From the NCBI GenBank assembly GCA_030390025.1, contig CM059436.1, positions 57,164,001 through 57,228,000 on the forward strand: DNA of 64,000 nucleotides. The letters are read 5' to 3'. This DNA is from Squalus acanthias (lineage: Eukaryota). The notes below the pieces were generated by a model. It was not told the DNA's origin, did not search any database, and saw nothing but the letters and a program-made list of their open reading frames with translations. Of the stretch, positions 50,361-61,299 are shown in pieces. Both the position numbers and the translations under genes were made by a program. Position 1 is the stretch's first letter, and every line of letters begins with the position of its first letter.

Positions 50361-52527
50361 ATGGCAAGCCAAAGAGTAGCTTCAAGGGTCCCATGCATCT
50401 CAGATGCAGCATTGGAGTGGAGGAGGTCAGCAGGGTGAGGGATGCCCTCTACCCACCAGGCAACAGGAAGATAGCCCACCAAGCTACCTGGAAGGAGTGG
50501 GCACAGGTGGCAGAGTAGGTCAGTGCCAGGACAACCACCCCACTGTTCTGGCTGCAATGCAGGAAATAGTTTAATGACCTGGTCAAGGTGGCTAGGGTAA
50601 GATTTTTAACTCATCATTCTCTGCATAACCCTGCACTACCTGAAGACTCAGCACTCACCCCTTTCCTCCACCAATTACCAGCACTCTCCTCCATTCATTG
50701 CAGCATACTTCACTCCTTCTGCCCATCCTACTCTCACTGTTACTGCCTTCAGATCCTCACACTTCAGTCACCCTTCACATACCAGCACCACTATTCTAAC
50801 TTGACATGCACATCCTCAAAGCATCTTACTAGGCCACCACTAACACTATCCCTTCTTTCTTGCAGGACAACCTCACAAGCGAAAGCAGGAAAGAGGGGAG
50901 GTCAGTAGGAGGGTGTCTATTCAGGTCCTCTTCCCAGTTGAGGAGGACCTCATACAGATTGTGGGGATGGGTTGGGTCAGGGGTGTGGTGAGTGGCGATG
51001 CTGGAGGACGCATCCTGCAGGGTTCTTTGCAATCTTACAGTCTGTCCTTCTCACTAAAATATCACCCTCACACACTATGTGTGGCAAAGTGCAGCTGCTT
51101 TCAGCAGCCACTCATCTGTCTGCTTACCCTCGACACTAAAAGCTAATTCTTGTCCCTCTCTTCCCTTTTAGGTGAAGAAAATGTGGACCGCCAATAGCAT
51201 GAGCAGTTGAAAGAGGGCATCACTCATGATGACACAGCCTCACTCAACCTTCTCTTAGTGAGCACCAGCTCAGAGACTGGCATTACACGTACTTCAGATG
51301 TTAAGCTAGAGGGTTCTGCACTGGGAGACTCAACAAGCATTAGTGCATAGGGATAAGATGGCTCAAGCAGCAGCTTGCCATAGGAGAGGGTTTGCATCCT
51401 AGCCCTGCTGTAGAGCACACAGATGAAGATCTGGAGGGCACTGACTACATTAAAAGACTTAGTCCTCTACACCGGGACCAGGACCTTTTAAGTGCATTAG
51501 GCAGTCTGCCAGCGTACTTGCACACAATGGCACAGAGCATGAAGGAGTCCAGCTCTAGCTTGTGTGGGGTTGACCAGCAAGGCATCGAGTCCATGCAGCC
51601 AACCATGGAGCAAGTGGTCAGCTCTATGAACACTGGAGTGGGGCCCACAACAATGTGACAGCTCAGAGCTTTGCTAAGAGCTCAGACTGCTGCCATTGTA
51701 GCTCTGGGGGCTAGCATGTCCTCAGGCTTTCAATCCATGAAGGAGAGTGTGGATAGGAGTGTGGGGAGCATGAATAAGGGCTTCCAGAGCATCACTACAC
51801 TCCTTCATGCAGAGTACAGGGAGTGTAAAGGCACAGCCCTATGACAGTGGCATTGACTCCATGGGAGAGACATGCTGTCCTCAGCCCTATGACAGTGGCA
51901 TTGACTCCATGGGAGAGACATGCTGTCCTCAGCCCTATGACAGTGGCATTGGCTCCATGGGAGAGACATGCTGTCCTCAGCCCTATGACAGTGGTATTGG
52001 CTCCACGGGAGAGACATGCTGTCCTCAGCCCTATGACAGTGGTATTGGCTCCATGAGAGAGACATGCTGTCCTCAGCCCTATGACAGTGGTATTGGCTCC
52101 ATGGGAGAGACATGCTGTCCTTAGCCCTATGACAGTGGCATTGGCTCCATGAGAGAGACATGCTGTCCTCAGCCCTATGACAGTGGCATTGGCTCCATGG
52201 GAGAGACATGCTGCCCTCAGCCCTATGACAGTGGCATTGGCTCCATGGGAGAGACATGCTGTCCTCTCTCAGGATGACAGCACACCTGCTCCCCTGCCAG
52301 ACTCTGACCCAGTGCCCTTGTTGGTTCTACACAGCCAGCTGGCCCAGACTGTCCCAGCTGATGCCGAGACACAGCAGACTGCAGCCGGGCCCTCAAAGGC
52401 CAGAGCTGCTCGAGGTCGCCCACCACGGCCAGCTCTAGTGCCCTCAGTGGATGATCAGCAACCGTCCATCTTCCAGGCTCCAGCGACAGGCAAGCCTCCT
52501 CATAGGAACACTAGAATGGTAAATTAG
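50361..52527 (+). pseudogene. Harbinger Myb/SANT-like (trihelix, NAIF1-type) DNA-binding gene, spliced, disabled
   Basis: Exon 50361-50596 translates (one frameshift, two stops) as MASQRVASRVPCISDAALE/VEEVSRVRDALYP…WKEWAQVAE*VSARTTTPLFWLQCRK*FNDLVKVAR, then gtaag. Acceptors ttctttcttgcag (50865) and tcttcccttttag (51171); low-complexity tail …AGPSKARAARGRPPRP. Confidence 0.75.
51834..52265. repeat. 48-bp minisatellite, 9 copies
   Basis: Unit cagccctatgacagtggcattg(a/g)ctccatgggagagacatgctgtcct. Confidence 0.97.
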
Positions 52528-52759
52528 CACAGAGGGCAGGCACTAAGGGACTGCATTAGGGTGATTTCATTTCAATATTAAGAGAAGTCAAATTTGGTAA
52601 ATTCGCAATGTACATGATGTAAATTAAAGAGGTTTTTTTGCATTGATATTGGTCTTCATATCTTAGTTATGTGAGGAAGACCCATGAGGTAGTCGTGTTG
52701 GAAGGAGTGGGTCAGATAGGAGGTGGGACTGGGTGTGCTGGGGGGAGGGGAGAGTTTAT

Positions 52760-53010
52760 TTAAGAGAATCTCTTCTCAATAATTTGTCTGGCAGCTGCAG
52801 CACGGCCTTGGTCTTCCACATTATCCTCCTCTTCCTTGTCCCCCTTTTTCATCATTCTCCGCCACCACTTCCTGCTGTGGCACCTGCAAGGCTGGGCCCC
52901 TCTGAATAGCATAGTTGTGTAGCATGCAGCAAACCACTCCAAACCTGGAGACTCGCTCCGGGGCTATACTGCAGGACTCCACCGGATCGGACTGGAACCT
53001 TTGCTGAGGA
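52760..53010 (-). pseudogene. Harbinger (HARBI1-like DDE) transposase C-terminal remnant
   Basis: With frameshifts it reads QRFQ…SGGVLQYSP/ERVSRFGVVCCMLHNYAIQRG…EEEDNVEDQGRAAAARQIIEKRFS*, the typical Harbinger transposase end (LQYSP…CCxLHN, acidic stretch, R..I…F). Confidence 0.85.
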
Positions 53011-54991
53011 TGCCCATGAGAGCTCTGGTTTCTGCCAGTAAAGTGACAGGGTACAGCTTCAGCCAAGTCAGCTCTCATTTCTGGCGACGGCCAGGGATCG
53101 CCTAAGAAGCACCTTAACCAATATGGCGGCCGCTGCATTTCATGCCACAAAATTGGTAAGTGGAATGACAATTTCACACCCGAAAGCTGGGCGAAACACA
53201 ATTGAATTTCTACCCCATAGTCTATGATTTTATTATACTTGGATTTTTTATACATTTGAAAATTGCAGCATTAATCTTGAACAGTGAACATTCTGGTACA
53301 TCAGTAACTAGGACCTACATGCAGCAGTGTTGGTGATCAGAAGAGCAGTGCCCTAACACGGGTCCTTTCTGATGACATGCACTATAAAGGTATTTCAATG
53401 TTTTATTGCCTAGAGGGTAAACAATGACTGCATTTCAAAAATCAAAGAATTGTCTGAAAGAATAATCTTCTTTAAATGGTATTTGACCTGCAATTTGAAA
53501 CACAATGAAGACATAATCTCATTATATTTACCCAGCTTCTTTAAAGACTCCCTATTACAGGATTACATACTATATATAACCAGGAATTCAATCGTTTAAA
53601 CAAGTGAAACAAATGGGGGGGGGGGGGGGGGGGAAAGAGATGCATTTTCAAAAAAGTCTAATTTATTTACATTTCCTTTTATTGTAATATCTTTAAGAAG
53701 TTGTGTGTTGAAGTTTTTGAAATTTTGGCCAATCTGCAGAGTCTGAAACTGCAGACAAGGCCAGTCCTCAGCAGTCTGTCAAAACACACACGTTTTCATC
53801 AAACACTCCTTGTACAAAGTAAATGGAAAACATCCAGAGGAAACTGCACTATGAGGGATTAATCAGTAATGCAGCCACAGAATGGAAGCAGACCTCCTAT
53901 TTTGCTATTTCCAGGTGTGGGAGTATCCCATGAACCAACTGTGTCCAAATATTCAGCTCCATGGACAAAATGTACAGGCCCACTCAGGTATGATTTTGTC
54001 ATGTTCAAGTCTTTCCACTAGATACTGCTAGTGAGCTCTATAAATACTCTGGTGACCTCCAGTGGCTGAAAGGGGTGCACTGCAACTATGTAGGGCTGAT
54101 ATCTTCTGCTGATCGGAGACCTCATCTCACCAACAAGCAACATTTTTTAAAAAGAGAAAAATCAACCGCAGGGATTTCAGCCTCCAATATTTCATCCTTC
54201 CAAGTAGTTTCAACTTCCTGGAAGAGAAAACAATTGAGCTGTGGACTTGATTTTGATGTCATTGGTGCTCTATGCTTCGCTGGCAAGAAATGCTCTAGAG
54301 TTCATTTCCCAATAGCTTTGGGGTCTAGGATTGAATCCAGCGCAAACAAATGGGATGAATGCCTCTCTTCTCTGATGCTTATTGAGGGTCCTAAGGGAAT
54401 GTAAGGCAGGCATTTGGGTGCTGGGTAGTCCCAATCCAGTTCCCAAAGGAGATGACGAATCTGGCCATACAATTCACACTTGGCAGAAATGAAAAGAAAA
54501 ACAAAGCAATAACTCTTTTGTTTTTAAGCTTTACGCTTGGTGATGGCTGCTTGTCCCACGGCACTCTGGTGCAGTAACATACACAATAGAGTACTGGGAC
54601 GCAGCCTCCACTCCCCTCCGCCATTCCCCATATGATGATGTCTTGATCAGAAGTGCTCAGCCTTCCCAAAGGAAAGAAGTTGTGAAAAATAAAATACTTC
54701 AGTGAGGCAGGTTCTTCTCATGCTCCCAGTTTAAGAGTGGCAATAGAAGAAACCTGGGGACAAGACTCCTGAACACCCTCTCAGCTTCAATGTGTGGCAA
54801 GAGAAGGCAGAGCTTAAGTTGGTAAAAAGAGAATATATCTGTAAATTTTTATAAAGTGGTCTTGTAGGTGAAGAGGGCCTATGCCAGTTTTTTCTTGCCT
54901 TTATCCAAGATGTTCCACTACTTTGGCTTTCCCTCTTAGGCGTAACCAAGAACAGGCAAAAGTGTCCACAACATGATAGTGTGGGACTCCG

Positions 54992-56661
54992 GTTTCCAGC
55001 TGGAATTCCAGGCCATTTCATCGGGTAATGAGGCAAACATCTTAACTGCAGTATCACTGGGAAGCCAAGGATATCCTTCCGGTAAACCAAAAAGTCAAAT
55101 TCACAACCGTGATATGGTTAATGACTTCTCGCTGGCTAGATATTCAACAAGGAGAAATAAGCCTTAAAACCAAAATTACTGCGCATTTATATCCTACCAT
55201 GAGAATTTCTGTGAGTATCTTCCTTCACTCCACACTGCTACCATGAGATTACTTGCTACAGCCTGAGTGCTTTCTATACCGATACAGCATTGATGCCATT
55301 ACCATCTTTATGGGATCAGAGCCTATAGTAGGAGGCAGATGAATGTTGTCTTTAGTAGTGAGAAAGTTGCAATGGTTCAGATTCAAATGGCAATATTTTC
55401 TGTCTTATTACACAGGAAAACATTGTAAACTAAAATGGGGTAGAGCTAGCTACATCCATGAATATAAATATAGAGCAAATAGAATATGTTGCAATTAAGT
55501 GGCATATTTTACAAGACAAAGGAAAGGATCAGAGTAGCGTGCAGAGCTTCAGATAAATATTAGTGATATGCATTGATGAACAATGTGATTAAGTGTGACT
55601 CTCTGTATTTAAATGGCAAAAAGGCTTAATATGTAATCATCCAATTGACTAATTCACATGGGCAGTATGAATTTCATCTGCATGAATTTGACTGAATTGA
55701 GAAGCTAGTGGGCTTACAAACACTGAATGTGACCTTCTTTCTCCTAGACTTATTGTTGGGGTTAGATCAAGAGAACGATGGTGGTATTTACATGCAAAAG
55801 CAAGGCATAAAAAATATGGGCAATCAGCATAATCATAATTTCAATAAAAAACCATATCAGAGATTGAACAGAAACATTACAGCAGTGAAAAACTGCTAAG
55901 AAACTAATTATTATTATTAGTAAGCTCGAAGTCTATGCTTTCTAATCACCAGAGTTTAATTTTTTCATGTCAAACACATTTAGCAGCGTCTCCCTTGCAG
56001 TTCAGTGCTTCAGTGCCTGCAGTAATGTATTTGTATTTTTGTTCTGTGGAAACATTTATCACAAGCTCTTAAAAATGTGCTGTCATAAAGCTATAAAAGG
56101 TCCCGCATCAGCCTTTTGAAGCAGCCAAGTTTAAACTAGGAAATTTCCTTCACCTAATACTGTATTTGTAGTTTGAAGTGTGTAGCCAGAAACAGGCTAG
56201 TTTGGATCTACCACTTTGCTTCTTTCTTCTGTCAGGAGGGTGAGACAGCCTAGGCCACAGACCCCTCTATTACTACTGTCAATGTCACTGCTGTGATTGA
56301 CCTATGGAGGGGAAAGGGTGATTTACTTCAAAGCAGTCCTGACATTTTTCTCCCTAGCCCTGAGGTAATTAATTACACTTCTAAATCAGTTTCAAGGCAC
56401 ATTTATATTTGAGCTTGGGCTCCAGGAGAGTAGAACCCGAGCAGAGACCTACAACACTAAGTTTCCAGCTCAATTCAAGGCCATTTCATCAGGTAATGAG
56501 GCAAACATCTTAACTGCAATATCACTGGGAACCCACGGTTATCCATCAAGTCAATCCAACAAGTCAACTTCCCAATCATCATGTGGTTAATGGCTACTCA
56601 CTGGCTATGTATTCAACAAGAAGGAATAAGCCTCAACACCAAAGTTACTGCACATTTATAT
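54992..56661. repeat. Pair of ~200-bp diverged direct repeats (54992-55192 and 56461-56661)
   Basis: Both copies read gtttccagct…aggccatttcatc.ggtaatgaggcaaacatcttaactgca.tatcactgggaa…tattcaacaag…ataagcct…ttactgc.catttatat. Confidence 0.9.
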
Positions 56662-57690
56662 GAGATTTACCGTCAAAGTGTTATATTACCCATCATGCTG
56701 TACTATTAATACAATATCCATCTACGTCAGACGTTGAAATGTGTTAAATGCTACTTTCCCCTTTTTAGTGCCTTTGTGTGGTTTCTGGTCCTGTGGGAGA
56801 GCTAAGAGAAAGTAGCACTTGTTTTCCAAGTCTCTGATCTCCATCCCATGAAAGTTGGCCTCTGGGCACAACTGGGCACAACTGCTTCATATTACAGCTT
56901 GCCAGTGACAGCAAGGACTACCACATTCCTGTCGCTAATGGCACACTATCAGTATAAACATACCAAAGAAATAATATTTATTCTACACATAGCTCATCCT
57001 TAGTCCATTAAATAAGTGAAACACTAGTATAAGTGTATACTAATACAATTTACTTTCTGGCCAGCTTATTATTATGGACCACAATGGCTCAAGAACCACT
57101 AACCCAAGTCGAACCAGACTGTGGAATGTTCCAGCACCTTCCATTTATGGATACCAGATTAGCAGAGGCAAATTGAAAAGTCTTTACCAACCTCCTGAAG
57201 AGTTTCAGAATCACATCATAGTCACAAAAACAAGGAAGCCTCCATTTTAATTTCACTAATGCTCTTGTTTTATGCCTTAAAAGGGTTCCAAAGAACGAAC
57301 CCCCCTCACTGCTGTAAGCTCCAATTTTACTCAGCTTCTCGAGCATCATCTGCTATTACACTCCTTGCCAGATCCCATCTGCATTTCATTCTGCAAACCA
57401 GCAGGAGAAAAGACAAATGTTTTTAGTAAAAAGAAAATGTTCATTGGAAAGACTCTCAGAACCTGCCAGTGGCACAGAACTCTGGGAAACACTTCTTTTT
57501 GCTAGTAATGTTGTGAAACACAGCCCTATTATTTAGAAATTATACCCATTTCTTTCTCGTTGTTGGAAACCTGGCATGACTAGCTGCTAAACACTGTGTG
57601 GTATGATTGCATTTTATGCATTGTGTTTGTTCCCTCCTCACCCTCACACAACCACTTTGGTGTAAATCCCCAGTGAGAAATTAAAGACTA

Positions 57691-58538
57691 GGGGGGGATT
57701 AGCGCAATTATCGGCCAGGCGCAAAGTTTAGCGCCTGCCGATAATTATCGCCTCCGACTGCAAACTTGGCTTCTATCGCCCCTGGAGGTGATTGGAGCGC
57801 TAAATCAGGCGCTACACACCTCTCAAGGCGCCAACGCCGAGGAGTGAGGCGCTACCTCAGAGCGCTGGCGAAGCTCATGTGATTGTCAGTCAGCAATGGA
57901 ACACAGACACACTGGCGCCGGCCAGTTCTTAAAGGGGAGGGTCGATCTTGCTCTCCATCCACATCCTGATCATTGCAGCCTTGAATCTCGGCCTGGAGAG
58001 ACCTGTACGTCAAATCTGCTGGAAAAAACAATGGAGAGGCCCGGGGAAAGAGTTCAGAGTGCAGCCCCCATAGTCTCTTCAAAATCGATGCAAGGAAGAT
58101 CAAATCAAAATGAACCTGCAAAGTGCTGCTCAGTACCCAAAACTCCTCAACACAGCGTTGAAAATCTCCAGAAGTCTCTCTCTCTCTCTCTCAAAATGCG
58201 TGGTGCAAAAATGTCGCCGACAAAAAAAGGCAGGAAGCGGTCGCCTTTAAATAGCGCTCCCCCAGTCCCTTCCCGGCTGCAAAACGCTCCCCTCAACCTG
58301 TCATTGCTAGTGGCAGGCGGTAAGGCAGGGGGCGCCACGCAATATCTGGTCCGGGGCGTTGCACGTGCGACTGACGTCACGATCTGCGGGCGCAGGAGAT
58401 CGTGGCGGCAATGTTTAGCGCCGCCGCAAAATGTCTGGTCAATTTCGCGAGCAGTGCAAACATCACCGCACCCGGGCGCTAGTTGCTTTGCGCCCCATGG
58501 CGCTAACGGGAGGCGCAAACCAACTGAATTTTTCCCCC
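57691..58538. mobile_element. CpG-rich non-autonomous DNA transposon (Harbinger-like)
   Basis: Abrupt CpG/gcgc-rich island with repeated agcgc/gcgct subterminal motifs, a G-run start and a gaatttttccccc end resembling the other elements' ends. Confidence 0.55.
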
Positions 58539-59334
58539 ATGGTCCGTCCTAATTTTATGGGAAACGCCCACAATTCCTAGTAAGCACTTGAGTCAAACAG
58601 AAGAATACAGGAGTATGGAATCCAACCTCCATGGGAGTAGCATCTCTCGCAGATCCCATGATTAAAGGATGCAGTGGACTTTCATCTGTCCATTACAGTT
58701 AACCTCAGGTTTGCATGCCTTCTATAACCACCAGTGAGTGTCCCAAGAAGGTTCTTAGCAATAATCTTCCTAATGGGGGCAATACAGAGCACAACCCAGT
58801 CAATAATCCAGCGAATGCAGAGGAAGGGGCACGGCATTAAGGCTCCTTACCTTTAAGCACCTACTCTTCCATTAAACATGGTTCTGCCACTTTATTTTCT
58901 CACATCCATTTACTGCTAACGTAGTCATTCTTTAGTATTAATAAATTGCTTTAAATTTATTACGAACAGCTTTCGTAACAAGGACTTTGAAAACCCACTT
59001 CTTCCGGCTAGGCTCTCTCCTAAAACAGAAAAAGAATTCCTAGAATGCCAGATGCCCATGAAGCAATTAGATTTTGTTGTAAGCCCACCTACTGAATTTT
59101 TTAGAACACGGATACCTTTGGTTAACCCTCTTGCACTCTTAAGGTCGTCAATCATAGTCTCTCCACGAGGTGGGTGTGGATAGATTCCAGCAAAATCAGA
59201 ATTATATTCCAGTTTAGACAAATTTGAGAGCTATTCTTAAACTTGCTCATAATAAAGCATTGTTAGTAGAGGAGGTGCTCCTCTCTATCGCACATTCCGT
59301 CCATTTTCCTTTTTTTCCCCCAAATTTCCTTCCT

Positions 59335-59640
59335 TTTCTCCTTCCTCTCCTTTAGGTGCTGATATATTGGTTCCATGGGTGCCGTCAAGCCTTCCTGTCC
59401 CACAGCCATGGGGCCTTTCTCCATTCGTCACCCTAGAGATTGATTGTTGGCAAGGTATTCAACTGTGGAAAGCATCACAGCTGGGCCTGATATTGTCCTC
59501 ATCCAATGCCCACACAAACAAACACTCACTTTCCAGCAGAAGCAATGAGGCAGAAATTGTGACCAATTTTTCTCCACCCTAGCCCAAGGGCACGGAGGTC
59601 AATTGTAGCACTTCTCTTACCACCTCACCTGGTCAGGATC
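59335..59640 (-). mobile_element. tRNA-headed SINE family copy (intronic)
   Basis: tattcaactgtggaaagcatcacagctgggcctgatattgtcctcatccaa is the reverse complement of 32930-32985. Confidence 0.7.
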
Positions 59641-59838
59641 ATCCAATAAGAAGCATTTTCCGAGGGCTCTTCAATACAAGTGCGAGAGCCATATGCAATC
59701 TGTGCTAGATCAAAGATTAACGCCACATCAGAAAGTCTTACACAGCAACCTATTAGCAGGAGTTTTACAACAAGGTGCCAGGATGTGGAGTTCGCCAGCA
59801 GACAGAATATTTTTCTGAATCTAGAAAGCTAAACATAA

Positions 59839-60500
59839 GGGGGTAGAGTTTCCGCTAGGTTGTGCTGGTTTTACCAACGCAATTCGCCCGAAATCAGCCA
59901 AATCAGATTAAAAGATCGAGGAATTTCAAGCGCAAGTTACGTCCAGCGCAAATCGAGTTTCCGCGATCTTTTGCGCTGGTCTAAAAAAACACCGCGCTGG
60001 AAGCTGACCCCGCCCACAAAACTGGCCACACCCCTGATCGAATTAATCACCATGACGAGTTTCCGCTAATTGCACCAGTTTCGGCCCTTCAAGGAGACTC
60101 CTCAAATTAAGCTGTTTTTTGGTGCAAGGACTAGTGTACACCAATGAAAGTAGTAAATGGTTCTGTGTAGTTTTTTAAAGTCATTTTCAGTGATTTAAAA
60201 GGTGGTGAACTAGACATTCTTATTAAAAATGCTTACTTTTTGTGATAAACCCATTTTCAGCTGTATTAATAAAGCTGCACCAGGTTACCATTATTAAATA
60301 CATCAAGGAATATATTTTAATGCGGGGGGGAAAGAATGACGTTCTAAAACGCTGCCCGATTGTGCTGGTTCATGGGAGATTTTATGTTTGTGATTCTGCA
60401 AATGAGTTTGAGTGGAAACTTGAACCATAACTTCACTTCGGAAAACCAGCGCAATTTCAAACGCAATTTGTGCCTAGATTGCCGACACAGAAGTCCAATT
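59839..60500. mobile_element. Non-autonomous Harbinger-like element
   Basis: Starts gggggtagagtttccgc. CpG-rich arms are related by inversion (ttgtgctggtttt at 59859 vs aaaaccagcgcaa at 60443) around an AT-rich centre; the right end is uncertain. Confidence 0.55.
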
Positions 60501-61299
60501 TCCTTTCTTGGAGTTGAAAAGAAAAACGGAGGAGGAGGGGGCAGCCTGAGTCACAGAGTTCTCCCCAGCGAGTGTCAATGCTGCTTTGTGATCACCCACA
60601 AGGGCTGCAAGTTTTGCTGTCCAAGTCAGACAAGGTCAGCTATGGCTATTTGATTGAGAATCGGAGGTTTAATCCACTTGAGTTACCAGTCCTGCACACT
60701 CTGAAAATAGCACTGGCTGACTTGGAGGGCACTTTTGAAGGTCTGTCCCTGTGATGTCATCATCAAGTATACAATGACATTGCCAAGTGCCTTGGATAGA
60801 TGGCTCATACACTTTGACACTATTAGATTTACTTTCCTCTGTGCACTATTTTTAGCACACTGGTTAGCATATTTGCATTAAATTCTTGTCCGCACTATTT
60901 TATTGCAGTCATTTAAAACAAATGAATTAAAATGGCGCCAAAAGATACAAGCTCCAGCATATAAAAATCACAGCACTGCTGCAAAGATAACTGGGGAACA
61001 AGTAGTGGTGCAACAGATTAGATCGTGAATTTTTACTTGGGATTCACTCTTCTGCTTATTCCAGTTCAAGCTGTTCCAGGAATTGCACTACCCATGTAAC
61101 ACAAAGAGACGGCAAAAATGGCCCTGCTTTCTAAGAGTTGCCTCAGACAATTCGGGCTTGTCCAAAAACAATTCAGTATTTCTAAGTGTATGAATCATTA
61201 AACTGAAAAACAGACCAGCAAACACCCGTTAAGGAGCGGTCAGACTTTCACTTTTTATATGGCGAGCTCAAAAAAAGCACGCCAGTATCATATGTCTTT

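Larger units (their letters stand above)
50108..53216. mobile_element. Decayed, internally deleted PIF/Harbinger DNA transposon in the BCL11A intron
   Basis: Convergent Myb/SANT-like gene (+) and transposase C-terminus (-). Imperfect ends ggggataaaattc / gaatttctacccc; exact boundaries uncertain. Confidence 0.8.

Noticed and set aside
57896-58552. 218-aa ORF
   Set aside because: Lies in a GC-rich non-autonomous element, crosses a (ct)n run and has no recognisable domain
58826-58846. Minus-strand GALMPCP resembling human BCL11A exon 3 (GALIPTP)
   Set aside because: In-frame TAA immediately upstream and no suitable acceptor; chance match
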